Below, in pieces: positions 52,782 to 64,000 of a stretch of 64,000 nucleotides of DNA; position 1 is the first letter of the stretch; each line of letters begins with the position of its first letter. Source of the stretch: Lingula anatina. Lineage: Eukaryota; Animalia; Brachiopoda. Made by a program: the position numbers and the translations under genes. The stretch is taken from assembly GCA_051362555.1 (NCBI GenBank), contig CM120644.1, positions 24,450,534 through 24,514,533 on the forward strand, read 5' to 3'. A model generated the notes under the pieces. It saw nothing but the letters and a program-made list of their open reading frames with translations, was not told the origin of the DNA and searched no databases.

Positions 52782-55700
52782 TATTTTTTTTTTTTTGTTG
52801 TTGCCAGACACCTCTGCACTTTGCTGCTGCCTCAACACATGGAGCCATGTGTCTGGAGATTCTGGTTAACGAGGGCGCGAACATGAACGTGCAGGTGAGA
52901 AAACAGTCCAATAGTGCTGTCGCCTTATTAGTTCTCTCCTATTTTATGCTTGGAATCCTACTAAAAAGGATTTTTGGGGATGTTCTGAAATGTTGGGCAG
53001 ACCCCATGCAAATAGAAACCACAGTTCGTGAAGTGGTGTATGTGGAAGTGTTCATATTATCATCTGTATATCAAATCATCAATATTAAATTAGGGGTTTT
53101 ATTTCCATTTCAGGCCAGAGATGGGAAGACCCCTCTCCACATGACTGCTCTCCACGGGAGATTTGCCAGAGCACAGACTCTGATACAGCATGGTGGGTTA
53201 AACTGATTTGTTCACTGATTTTTTGTCTTAATTTACTTATTACATACTTTTTGGTAAATAAAAATAAAGAACCACTGTGGTACCAAGACATAACAATTTA
53301 AAATCTAAGATTTGTGGTCTTTGACTGTTCAGCTTTGGTGTGTCTGAGGTCATAATGTTCAGATGTAATGTCATAACAAGAAAGGAGACCAGAGGGCAGA
53401 TTTAACAATAAATATATTGTGTATATTTGTATCAGTATTAATTTAAAACTGAAAATGCTTTTTCCTAATGGCACAAACAAGTGAGATGAAAAAGGGAAAT
53501 TATTCTGTGCTTAATATAAATCTTATTGTCATTTATTTTTACAAATATATATTTTATTGAATATACAAATATCATCAAACATGGCTGGATCGGTGCTCTC
53601 CTGCCATTATTTTTATTATTTATCATACTGTCCTATTTTTTATGATAAATCATTGTCTAATCAGTGACAATATATATTATGTTCAGGAGCCATAGTAGAT
53701 GCTGTGGACAAGTCGGGCAACTCTGCACTTCACATTGCTGCCAGATACGGACACGAGCTGCTGATAACTACGTTACTGGCACACGGAGCTAGCCCACTGA
53801 AGTAAGAGAGTGTGCATGTGTGCAAGCTGGGACTCACACACACACACACGCATGCACGCACGCACGTGCGTGCGTGCGCACACAGAGAGATGAAGTCTGA
53901 CTCTAAGTGTAATGCTATAGTACTGTGAACTGCTTCCTTTTACGAAGTAGTACACTATTAGATTGACAAAGATGTGAAAGAAAGGGGAAATGGACTGACT
54001 AACTGATCAACCAACCTATAAATAGACACCCAGCTAGCTATTATATAAATCTGTTATCTTCCACTTTATCTTCCAAGCATGATTTTAGACAAAGTACTTT
54101 TAGAAATTTAATAATGAAATCTACCACATTATATGATCATCTTCATTAAATTTTCATAATAACTTCCAGGCGCGGCTGTTTTGGCATGTTACCTATCCAC
54201 CTGGCAGCTCTCAATGGTTTCACAGACTGCTGCAGGAAGCTGATGACGTGTGCCGAGGGGTTCCAAGTGGACACCATTGATGACTATGGCCGCACGTCTC
54301 TCCATGCGGCAGCCTGTGGGGGGTAGGTGAAGGAAGGGGGGGGTCACAGTGGGGGGCAGGGGGTAGAGGGAGCGGGTACAGTGATATGCAGTTAACCGGA
54401 AATATTACATTGGCCAACATATTTCAGCATTATCCTGTCTAGCCTTTAATTCTTTGACAAAAGATTCTGAAATTCTTTTATTAGATATTATTGTTTTATT
54501 CTATATTTTGATTGCTACTTGCACAATATGAAAAAAAGTTTATGATCTTATATTTAAACAGAAAAAAATGTCCTATAGTAAAGACAAGTTCAATGGGCAC
54601 AAATTATATCAAAATTATGCAGTAAGAAGAATATACTGATTTATATGGCATTGAAATACTTATCGGTTGCCCATAGACATGGACCACTTGTTTGGGTGAC
54701 TATTTGATGTTTCGAGATCTTTTTATTTTTCTCATCTTTTAAATCCTTAACACTTATATATTCCCCTACTTTCTCTCCAGTAATATAGAGTGTGTTGACC
54801 TGTTCCTGGCCGCAGGGTCAGACTTTGCCCGTGTGGACGCAGAAGAGAGAACACCGCTGCACTACGCGGCGGCCAACTGTCACTACCAAGTGGTGCTGGC
54901 GCTCATTGCAGCCAGGGCGAACATCAACCGGCAAGACACCCGCGGCTGTACAGCCCTACATTACGCTGCAGCAGCAGATAGTGATGCAAAGTAAGAAGAC
55001 TTTTAAAAGTGAATAAGGGGGGAGGAGTGGCAGGTTTCTTAAAAAGCCCAAGATTCTTTTTTCTTTAGGGAGTTTTTTTTAAAGCATATTAACAGTGATA
55101 TTCTAGTATATTTGATCAGCAAGTTACTCAGTGGCAGATTAGTTATGCTATCTGTTGTCCCTAAGCTTTATAGCAGTTTTAACTATTGCTTATATGTTTA
55201 TTTATAATTATTCATTGGTATTAAAAATTTGATATATTCTCTGTCCCTCAGAGTTGTGGAACACTTACTGAGGAGTGGAGCCAAGGCTAACATCACTGAC
55301 TCTGGCGGTTGTACCACTGTACATTATGTTATAATATCTCTATTCTATGATTATTTTCTGTAGAGTTGTAGAACACTTATTGAGGAGTGGAGCCAAGGCT
55401 AACATCACTGACGCTGATGGTTACACTGCTGTGCATTATGCCGCAGTGAACGGAAACAAACTGGCGCTGGAGATGGTGAATTTCTCTCTCTCTCTCTCTC
55501 TTACACACACACGCACACGCACACACACACACACTTATGGCTTTATCAATATTTCTGTTGTCATACATAAAGTTTGTGCACACTCTCAGTCATATTTAAA
55601 TGTTTGAAAACTGATCCTTTATCTATTTATATATATTTTTTTATCAAACCAATCATCACTCAATAAAAAAGATGAAAAAAACATTGACATTGTTGTAGTT

Positions 55701-58700
55701 TCAGAATATTATCTTAGATAGTCTTGGACTTTGATACACAGGGAGCATAGTAAATAAATTATAATGATACGATAATGATATGTTAATGATATGTTCCAGC
55801 TATTGGATGCCACTGCCTCGGAATCTTTGAACAGAACAGCCACCCTGCCTCCCAACACACCACTGCATTTAGCTGTAAGTTGACACCTCTTTCCCACTCT
55901 TATTTTGTGAGAATTTCACAAAAAAATTATGACAAACTTATTTGATGTATTGATTTTACACTGTTTTCTTAGACAAAATCTAAAAATATCCAGCCAGTGG
56001 CCATAAACCAGGTCTAAGTCTACAGATTTCACTTTGTTATATATTATTATTATTATTATTATTATAATTATTATTATTATTTTTTTTTTTAAGTTAAAAT
56101 GATAAGGTTTTAATACCATGCTCTTTGATAGAATTGATAATAGGATTACGTCTTTTTTTAGGCTTTTAATGGCCACGATGAGGCTCTGGCAGTTTTGGTC
56201 AATAACTTCATGAACTTGGATGTCAAGGAGAAAAAAGGTAGTGTTCACATATGAAGTAACTTTGCTACAACAACTTAAACTTTTTGTATTTGACATTTCT
56301 GCAGCAGATAATATAACTTCAGCCCCTCTTTTTAGCCTATTTTTAAGTGATTTTCTTCCATCACAAACAAAAGTCCAGAAAGGTAGCACAAACAGTAAAA
56401 TGTCCAAACAAGGCATTTTTTACCACTTATTGTGGTATTAAAATGCAAACTGAGTCGATATACATGATATTATATACTGAAATCATTCCAGGTCGCACTC
56501 CCCTTGACCTTGCTGCTTTCAAAGGTCATGCCGAGTGCTGCGAGATTCTGATTTTACAAGGTGCCAACATCATGGTGCAGGATGATGAGAGTAAGAGAAC
56601 CCCAGTCCATGCCGCTGGTAAGTGTAAACCCCGTATTTGTACTCCCTGCTGCTGAGGCTTGTAAACCACACAAGTTGTGATGACTTTCAGTGGCGCGGTT
56701 GGGTATGTACCTTATTGGATGAAATGTGAAAACTGAAAAACTTCAGCCCCTACCACTGGTGGATGTATACCCTATAGCTATTGTCCTTGAAACATTTTGG
56801 TGTGAACGCAGCACAGAACAGAGTGCAGTGCATAAGAAGGAAGCAAGTGTCACTCAAAAAATAAAATAAAATAAAATAAAACAAAAGTGAGGCGAGTTGT
56901 TCATGATTTTTTTGCTTTAGGCCACACTTTTTTATTATGTACAGACACAGATGTGTCTGTACATATAGCCATCATCTGCGTCTGTCGTCGCCGTCGTCGC
57001 CGTCGTGCACTTTTACCGATAACACGATAAATGGAAAACCGTTTTTTCTTTTGGCTTGAAACTAACAGAACTGATGAATATTCATAATACACAGGCCAAG
57101 TTCGAAAATCAGCATGATTGGGTCATTTTTAGGGAATTTATGCTGTTTTTTCCCTTTTTTCAGCATATATGCAGCACCAATAACAGGATAAGTGGAAAAC
57201 CATTTTACTTTTTGGCTTGAAACTTACAAAACTGATGAATATTCATAATACGCAGGTCAAGTTCGAAAATCAGCATGATCGGGTCATTTTTAGGGAATTT
57301 ATGCTGTTTTTTCCCTTTTTTCAGCATATATACAGCACCAATAACACAATAAGTGGAAAACCATTTTACTTTTTGGCTTGAAACTTACAAAACTGATGAA
57401 TATTCATAAACCGCAGGTCAAGTTCGAAAATCAGCATGATCGGGTCATTTTTAGGGAAGTTACGCTGTTTTTTCACTTTTTTCAGCATATATGCAACACT
57501 GATAACACAATATAAGAAAAATAGATTGGCCAATTGTCATTATACTCACAAGAGTAGTCAAACTAACTGAAACGCAGGTTGAGTTCGAAAAACCAGCATA
57601 ATTGGGCCTTTATTTAAGAAGTTATGCTGTTTTTCACATTTCCTCAGATTCAATTCTTAGGCATGTTAACAGTCTCATTATTTAACTAATAAGATATGTA
57701 AAAGTGTTTGTTTGATATTTCCTGCGTCTTTACAATATTGTTAATTGATTATGTAAAAATGAAGGTAAACTTATTATCGTGTATTGTGTAATAAAGTGTC
57801 AAAAATGGAAATAAACTCATATCATTGCAGTTTGTCAGATTCAATCATCCACTATGTTCAGAATCTCAGAATGGAGGAAATTGGACATTTAACACTATTC
57901 TATTGATATTTTTCCCATCTCATCAATTTTCTTAGTTGGTCATATAAAAATGGCAACAAACTGTTTATTTTGTTTTATGTTAAAAAAATGTTAAAAATGG
58001 AAATAAACCCATTTAAGAACAGTGCTGTCCTGTTTACATGTTGGCATTTTCAAGGTGTGACTTTGAAGTTCCATGAGCCTGAAGATTTTTGCTTGTCACG
58101 TTTTCTGAATGTCCATGTTACTAATATTTCATTAATAAAATTTGATGGTCATTATGCTGTTAAACATTATGTAATGCTGCATCAAAATTTGAAGAAACCC
58201 CTATTTTGGGCACTGCTCCTATGATGACCATTTAAGGAAAATCATGTCACTTACTGTTCTCAAACTTACAGGAAAGAAACATGGGTCTAACATACAGCTT
58301 CAGTAGGCAATGCAGTCTGTTTGGTAAATTTTCCTGGCAATTTAACAGTTTTTTGTGAACATTTAATTTTTCACTTATTGGCATTTTCAAGGTGCGACTT
58401 AGAACCTCCACGGGCTTAAAGACCCATGCTAGTCACATTTTCTGAAAATCCATGACACGTATATTTTATTTTTAAAAATTGATGGTCATTATACCATTAA
58501 GCATTATGTTATGTTGCATCAAAATAGAAGGAAATACAATTTTTGGTGCTGCTGCCATGATGACCATTATGGGAAAACCGTGTTACTTATGATTGTCAAA
58601 CTTTCAAAAAAGAAACACAGGACTAAAATGCAGCCCGAATTGGAAAAGCAGTCTAATTGGCTTCTTTTTCTGGAAGTTATACATTTTAGTGAAATATTCA

Positions 58701-59738
58701 TTATCTTTTTGGCATATTCATTGTGGGACTCTGAGCTCCTATGGACATGTAGCTGAATGGTAATCAAATTTTCTACATGTCCATGCTATTTATAGTCAAT
58801 AATCAAAAATTGGTGATACTTATTCTATAATTTATTATGTAATTTTACATCAAAATTGACAATAATCTTTTTGCACTGCTACTGCAAACATTATGAAAAG
58901 AAAACTGTGTTACTTATTATTATATTTAACTTATAAGTATGATTTTTAGGATTGGCATGCAGTTCAAATTAGAAAGCCAGGTCAATTGGGTTATCATTTA
59001 TTATTGAATTTTATGCAATTTTGAGTGAAATTTTCATTGTTCTCATTCTGGCACTTTCTAAGTATAAACTTGAACTCTGATGGGCCTGAAGCCTTATGCT
59101 TTTACTTTCATCGGTGTTACCTGTTGTGCAAAATTAAAATTTGATGTTGACTGTGCAGTTAAACATAGGCTTCGTTCACATGCAATGTCTATTTTCTATT
59201 TTCTATTTTCTATTCGCGCTATCTTATGATCACGGTCTGTGCACTGAATATCCTGCCGCGTAATTACTGGCAGCGCGAGCCAGTTACTTATAGTAACTTA
59301 TAGTAACTGGCTCGCGCTGCCAGTAATTACGCGGCAGGATATTCAGTGCACAGACCGTGATCATAAGACATGCCGCAAATAGAAAATAGAATTTAGAAAA
59401 TAGACATTGCATGTGAACGAAGCCATAATGTATTATTGCATCAGAATTGGTAGTCTCCTATTTTGTGCATTATTGTTTTGTGCTTTTCTTAAGTTGTGAC
59501 TTATGGGCCTGAAAGACCTTTGAGAGGGTCAGTCTGTAAATTTCCCTTGGGTATCACATAGCTAATTTCAGTGTTATAAAGTCATTTTGGCCTATTTAAT
59601 AGGCCATTAAATGAGATTACATAAAGCACACTTGTTGATATTTCCCTGTAAACTCCCAAAGGTTAAGCTCTCTGCTAGATTAATAATAAGGAAGCAGTGA
59701 TAATTATGCAGGTAAATTTTGTTTAACATTGCAAATAA

Positions 59739-59799
<61 letters not shown>

Positions 59800-62700
59800 A
59801 ACTCAAAGATTAAAAGTTTGAATAGCAGCTTCATTGGAATTATATTTACCTCTGCCAAGGAGGTTATATTTTCACCCCTGTTTGTCTGTCATCAACATAA
59901 CTCAAAAAGTTATGGACTGATTTTGCTGAAATTTTCAGGAACTGTCAGAAGTGGGCCAAAGAGGACAAAAATCAATAATAATCAACAATTGCTACCTTGG
60001 CAGAGGTCTGCACTCTCAGAGTGCTTTTCTAGTTTTGTTATGTTTTCCCTTATAAATTTTTCTCAAACACTTGCATTTGTGACTTTTAACTCTCATCCAC
60101 CTGAGGCTCTGACATTTCTGTATTTCCACATAAGCAGTCGTATTGTTTTTTATGTCTTTAAACATTATGTTACTTATGTAATATTATTTTATGCACTGTC
60201 ATCATTTATCAAATATTGAGACTTTCATCATGTGAATTTGAACTCTCATGGTCCTGAAACTGTAATCTTATTGAAGGGGTGAATTGAGACCATCTTCTGG
60301 GTCTTCCGGAAGACAGTCAGTTATTAAGTTTATATTGATGTCTATTTTTTTTTCTGTTAGAAGACCATCAAAATGGAGGATGGATCAAAATAGATACTTT
60401 GGAATACTGTCAGAAAATATCTCTAGGTCCGCTCATGTTATTGACCATTTTACCTGTTGTGCATGATTAAAATTCAGTGTTGACTGACAGTGCTGTTATA
60501 AGCATTATTTATTATTGCATCAAAATTGACAAAATGACCTTTTTCGCATCTTTATTTTCTGTTTTTTGTCTGTACATTTGACAGCTTTGCTGCCTTGTTT
60601 TTATGGATGACATCCTCTGGGGACCCCGAAATCGGTGCGAGAGGGTGAAAAAAAAAAAAAAAGTCCAAAAAAAAAAAAAAAATGCTGCTTAAGTAAAGGA
60701 ATGCTGTCAGTACACAGCTGGAAACACACATTTTTACAGAAACACGTATCAAACTATGTCTTTATCCATGCACTCAAAATATTAAAGCATTGTGAATACT
60801 TCGTAGAAAGGTAAAAAAGTCATGATTAGACGGGCCCGTAGGCAGGGGGTTCGAAAGAACCACCCCTTTTGCTGGGAAAAGGTCCACTCTGGGTAAAATT
60901 TGATCTAGATACATTAAGTTTTTATGGAAAATGGTCCACTTTTTCAAAAAAAAGACCCCCCCCCTTTTGAAATTGCTGTCTACGGGCCTGATAGACATGC
61001 TGCATATTACCCAATTTATTTAAGGTTATTTCATGCATTTTGTTGGTATAACAATCAATAAAACAAATATCAAACAAACAGCATGTCTTTATTTGTACTC
61101 TCAGAATATTAAAGCATTATGAACACTACACAGAAATGTTAAAAAATGATGCAAAGATATGCTTAATACTACCAATTCTATAAGAGGTCATTTTGGTCGA
61201 TGCCATTTGGTCTACTTGCACTCACACGCAGCAGCCAAACTGTCGGGTGGCCTGACCGACCTACAGCACACCAAATACCTCGACGCCCTGTCGACCCTTT
61301 TTTTCGCTACAAAAAATACCTGGTATGTGTTGCTTTGGACAGAATATCACTGAAATTTTCCAGGCGATAATTGCTGGCCGCCGCCAGCCTTTCGCATAAT
61401 TGTAAAAAAGTGGATATCTCCATGCCCAATATCAATGGCAGAACAATCCAAAACGACGGCCCCGTTCTCTTTATGACTTTATATAATTAATTGTCCTGTA
61501 ATTTGAAAGTAATCCTAGAGATGAATTTGATGGCAAAGCGGCCATATTTCCACGTGGCAGTAATACGCATGCGCAGAAAGCACATTTTCCGGCAAATTCA
61601 ATAACAACGTTTGCGACAACCAACTTCGATGGGGGGGGGGGGTAATTTATTTATTTATTTTTTTTTTTTTTTGGAGAACTGATGAAAATCGGTGCGCGCA
61701 CAGGATGTCATCCATAAAAATAAAAAAGTGTGGCCTTAGTCATAAAACTAATAGCAAAATGAAGTTGGTACATGTACACAATTTAACATTCAAGCATGCA
61801 AAATGGTATTGGCAGTAGATGATGTATTTAAAAAAAAACAATGCTAGTGAAAAGTGTATACTATAAAAATGTAACTTAGATATAATAAATGTGTTCCTGC
61901 CTTTCAGCTTACAATGGTCACACTGAGTGTTTGAGAACTCTAATCCAGAATGCAGATCACAAGGAAATAGTGGACTGTCACATTTATTACTAAATATATT
62001 TATATTATCTTCCAGCTTACAATGGTCACACTGAGTGTTTGAGAACTCTACTCCAGAATGCAGATCACAAGGAGATAGTGGACTGTACAGATGAACAAGA
62101 AAGGTATGGTGATTTGTAAGGTGTCTGCACGTTCTATTCCTCCTTGGTTTTTGTTACTTTAATGGTTGTCAAAGTATAACTCAAAAATGTTCAAAATAGT
62201 CTTACTCAAAAATGTTCTGAAGTTGTAACTCACTAATGTTAAAAAAATTAAAAACTAAAAACAGAAAAGAGCCTTTTGTTTGAAAGCTGGATAGGAATTT
62301 AAAGATCTCTGTGCAGCTACAGTACCTAAAATAAGTGAATAACAAAATATGGTCTTATAATGTTTGTATCTCCCTTAGGACCCTGCTGATGGTGGCTGAT
62401 ATGTCATGTGAGCTATATATAAAAGTGGTGTTATGTTTCTTCCCAATCCCCGGACCCTGCTGATGCCGACTGTAATGTCATGTTGAACTGTACATAAAAG
62501 CGAAGTTTAAATGTTTCTGTTCTCACCATATCTCCCCAGGACCCCTCTGATGGTGGCTGTATCTAATGGTCACGTAGACTGTGTTCTACTCCTGCTCAGT
62601 CAGGGTGCTAACATCCACAGCACAGATATCTTTGGAAGGACGGCTCTACACAGAGGGGTGAGGAAGAAGTGGACTCTAAAAGTTGAATTAACATACCATT

Positions 62701-62934
62701 TATGAAATTGTCATTCTCTGTCAACTATGTCTAAATAATACTAGATTAAAATTGTTTGAAAGAAATAGCTAGGAAAACAAGAAGAGATAGACATAAGTGC
62801 ATTGTTAATAACATCAGGAAAAAAACGAGACTCAGTGCTTTTGGAATCTGTCTGGTTTTGCTAGTTCTTTACTTTGATGTTGTTGTTGTTGTGTGTGTGT
62901 GTGTTCATGCATCCGTGTGTGTGCATGCATGTGT

Positions 62935-62967
<33 letters not shown>

Positions 62968-63691
62968 CATGCATTTATTTTATTGTACTTATTTCTTTAC
63001 TTAATATCCACCAGGCGGCATCTGGTCACGAGGAGTGTGCAGATGCTCTGTTACATCACGGTGCTGAGGTGAACAGTCGGGATTGTCATGGACGCACACC
63101 GCTCCACCTAGCGGCAGCTTGTGGTCATGTGGGAATGCTGGGAGCTCTCATGGAGGTGTGTGCTACGTCTGGGCCTGTTTACATCAGGTTCTATTTAAAA
63201 CCTGACAGTGATGATATAATTATGTATAATTGGAACCTAACACGATTATATTTCATGAAATTATCACAGCACAAAATCATAGTTAGATCATTATATTGCA
63301 AATGTATTATTTTCTTACAACTGTTAGGAAAATTGTGTTCGTTAAACCGTTTTTGGGTCTGTTAATATCATTTATTATTGTTAAAATTTACAGTACTGTT
63401 TCTTCATAACTAGATTGACTCAAAATGAACAATTTTATATGTGATAAACTAAAGTGATTTAAACATCAAAAATCTTTCAGTTGTTCCAGAAAATTTTTCT
63501 TTTGCTCTTTTGCTTATTAATAATCAAAATGCCCAAATGTAATTTATAGTGAAAAGGTAGTGTAATTCTGAGTGGAAGGGGAAAAAAGATCTATAGAATA
63601 AAAGGTTGATCCATATTTCAGTCTGGCTCCCCTCCTGAGAATCTACTGGATAATAAAGGCTACAGTCCACTGCATTGGGCCTGCTATAATG
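40756..63691 (+). CDS. ANKRD28: PP6 regulatory ankyrin-repeat subunit (ANKRD28/44/52 family), 19 coding exons, 3'-partial
   Basis: Exons 40756-40782 (MVIQQLSNE), 50059-50142 ([28 protein letters not shown]), 50623-50772, 51047-51247, 51817-51969, 52309-52512, 52808-52894, 53114-53192, 53687-53801, 54170-54322, 54781-54990, 55364-55475, 55800-55874, 56162-56237, 56492-56617, 62016-62103, 62540-62657, 63015-63155, 63622-63691; GT-AG and phase-consistent; motifs [47 protein letters not shown]; exon 1 is the least certain. Confidence 0.93.
46703..46880 (+). repeat. Degenerate ~73-bp tandem repeat, 3 copies
   Basis: taaaatcaccctg..ttca(t/g)ag at ~46704, ~46778, ~46849. Confidence 0.6.
48945..49112. 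mobile_element. MITE with CAGGGGCGGAT termini
   Basis: caggggcggatcca...taaatccgcccctg; atact on both flanks. Confidence 0.8.
52696..52777. repeat. (AT)n microsatellite (others at 36717-36765, 41359-41404, 59747-59797)
   Basis: Direct reading. Confidence 0.95.
55241..55328 (+). repeat. Upstream duplicate of acceptor + 5' part of ANKRD28 exon 12
   Basis: ccctcag|agttgtggaacacttactgaggagtggagccaaggctaacatcactgac matches 55364-55422. Confidence 0.9.
59168..59424. mobile_element. Near-perfect palindromic MITE, 257 bp
   Basis: ggcttcgttcacatgcaatgtctattttct...agaaaatagacattgcatgtgaacgaagcc; arms pair almost to the centre; ATA on both flanks. Confidence 0.88.
59845..60034 (+). mobile_element. 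Short Helentron-associated (HINE) element
   Basis: subTIRs acctctgccaagg / ccttggcagaggt, 3' hairpin gcactctcagagtgc, ends ctagtt. Confidence 0.8.
60831..60990. mobile_element. MITE (cgggcccgtag...ctacgggcctg)
   Basis: Short TIRs; flanks ttaga/ataga. Confidence 0.65.
61895..61978 (+). repeat. Upstream duplicate of acceptor + most of ANKRD28 exon 16
   Basis: ctttcag|cttacaatggtcacactgagtgtttgagaactct...gtggactgt matches 62016-62086. Confidence 0.92.
62360..62560 (+). repeat. Degenerate ~75-85-bp tandem repeat of the ANKRD28 exon 17 acceptor region (2 extra copies)
   Basis: cccttag|gaccctgctgatggtggctg (62379), ccccg|gaccctgctgatg (~62453), real ccccag|gacccctctgatggtggctg (62540). Confidence 0.75.
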
Positions 63692-64000
63692 GTGAGTAAA
63701 ATACTGCATTGGGCCTGTTATAATGGTGAGTAAAATACTGCATTGGGCCTGTTATAATGGTGAGTAAAATACTGCATTGGACTTGTTATAATGGTGAGTA
63801 AAATACTGCATTGGGCCTGTTATAATGGTGAGTAAAATACTGCATTGGGCCTGTTATAATGGTGAGTAAAATACTGCACTGGGCTTGTTATAATGGTCAG
63901 TAAAATACTGCACTGGGCTTGTTATAATGGTCAGTAAAATACTGCACTGGGCTTGTTATAATGGTCAGTAAAATACTGCACTGGGCTTGTTATAATGGTC
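63670..64000 (+). repeat. 34-bp minisatellite, >=9.7 copies, = last 22 nt of ANKRD28 exon 19 + first 12 nt of the intron
   Basis: ctgcattgggcctgttataatg|gtgagtaaaata; first unit encodes LHWACYNG; distal units have gtcagt. Confidence 0.95.

Larger units (their letters stand above)
56935..60598 (+). mobile_element. Helentron/HINE (DINE-1-like) non-autonomous element with internal tandem arrays
   Basis: 5' subTIR atgtacagaca plus adjacent inverted copy, gtcgcc microsatellite, ~161-bp x4 array (57020-57640), ~337-bp diverged array (58040-59160), 3' subTIR tgtctgtacat plus short hairpin gacagctttgctgcc; inserted in a T-run. Confidence 0.72.
56920..61735. mobile_element. Harbinger-like TIR element interrupted by nested insertions
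   Basis: ggccacacttttttat...ataaaaaagtgtggcc with TTA on both flanks; left TIR resumes at ~60597 (ttttatggatgacatcct), complementary to 61703-61720. Confidence 0.78.

Noticed and set aside
63670-64000. CRISPR-like array (34-bp repeats)
   Set aside because: Head-to-tail units with no unique spacers, eukaryotic context, and the unit derives from an exon-intron junction

Overview
AT-rich, intron-containing animal (invertebrate-like) genomic DNA, not prokaryotic. Two conserved genes lie head-to-head. COASY (bifunctional CoA synthase, PPAT + dephospho-CoA kinase) is on the minus strand with 8 coding exons, 38895->27201, 536 aa. An ANKRD28/44/52-type PP6 regulatory ankyrin subunit is on the plus strand with at least 19 coding exons from 40756, running off the window end. 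A TRIM-NHL gene with an uninterrupted CDS (RING, B-box, coiled-coil, NHL) sits antisense inside a COASY intron (34833-36530). Two near-identical paralogs (8890-10713, 19270-21093) lie in ~10 kb tandem units that are decayed copies of the COASY 3' locus: they keep an intact-looking COASY last exon, exon-6 fragments and Gypsy gag remnants. The most unusual pattern: at least 8 exon edges of the two intact genes are locally tandem-duplicated together with their splice site. Acceptor copies lie upstream and donor copies downstream of the real exon, including a ~10-copy 34-bp minisatellite made of a 5' splice site. All but one of the copies I translated would bring in a stop codon if used; one would duplicate the COASY kinase P-loop in frame. 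Many MITEs and Helentron-like elements are present, including a multi-level nested stack in one ANKRD28 intron. All exon coordinates were read by eye from GT/AG sites and frame continuity, and family calls rest on recalled motifs, not database searches.
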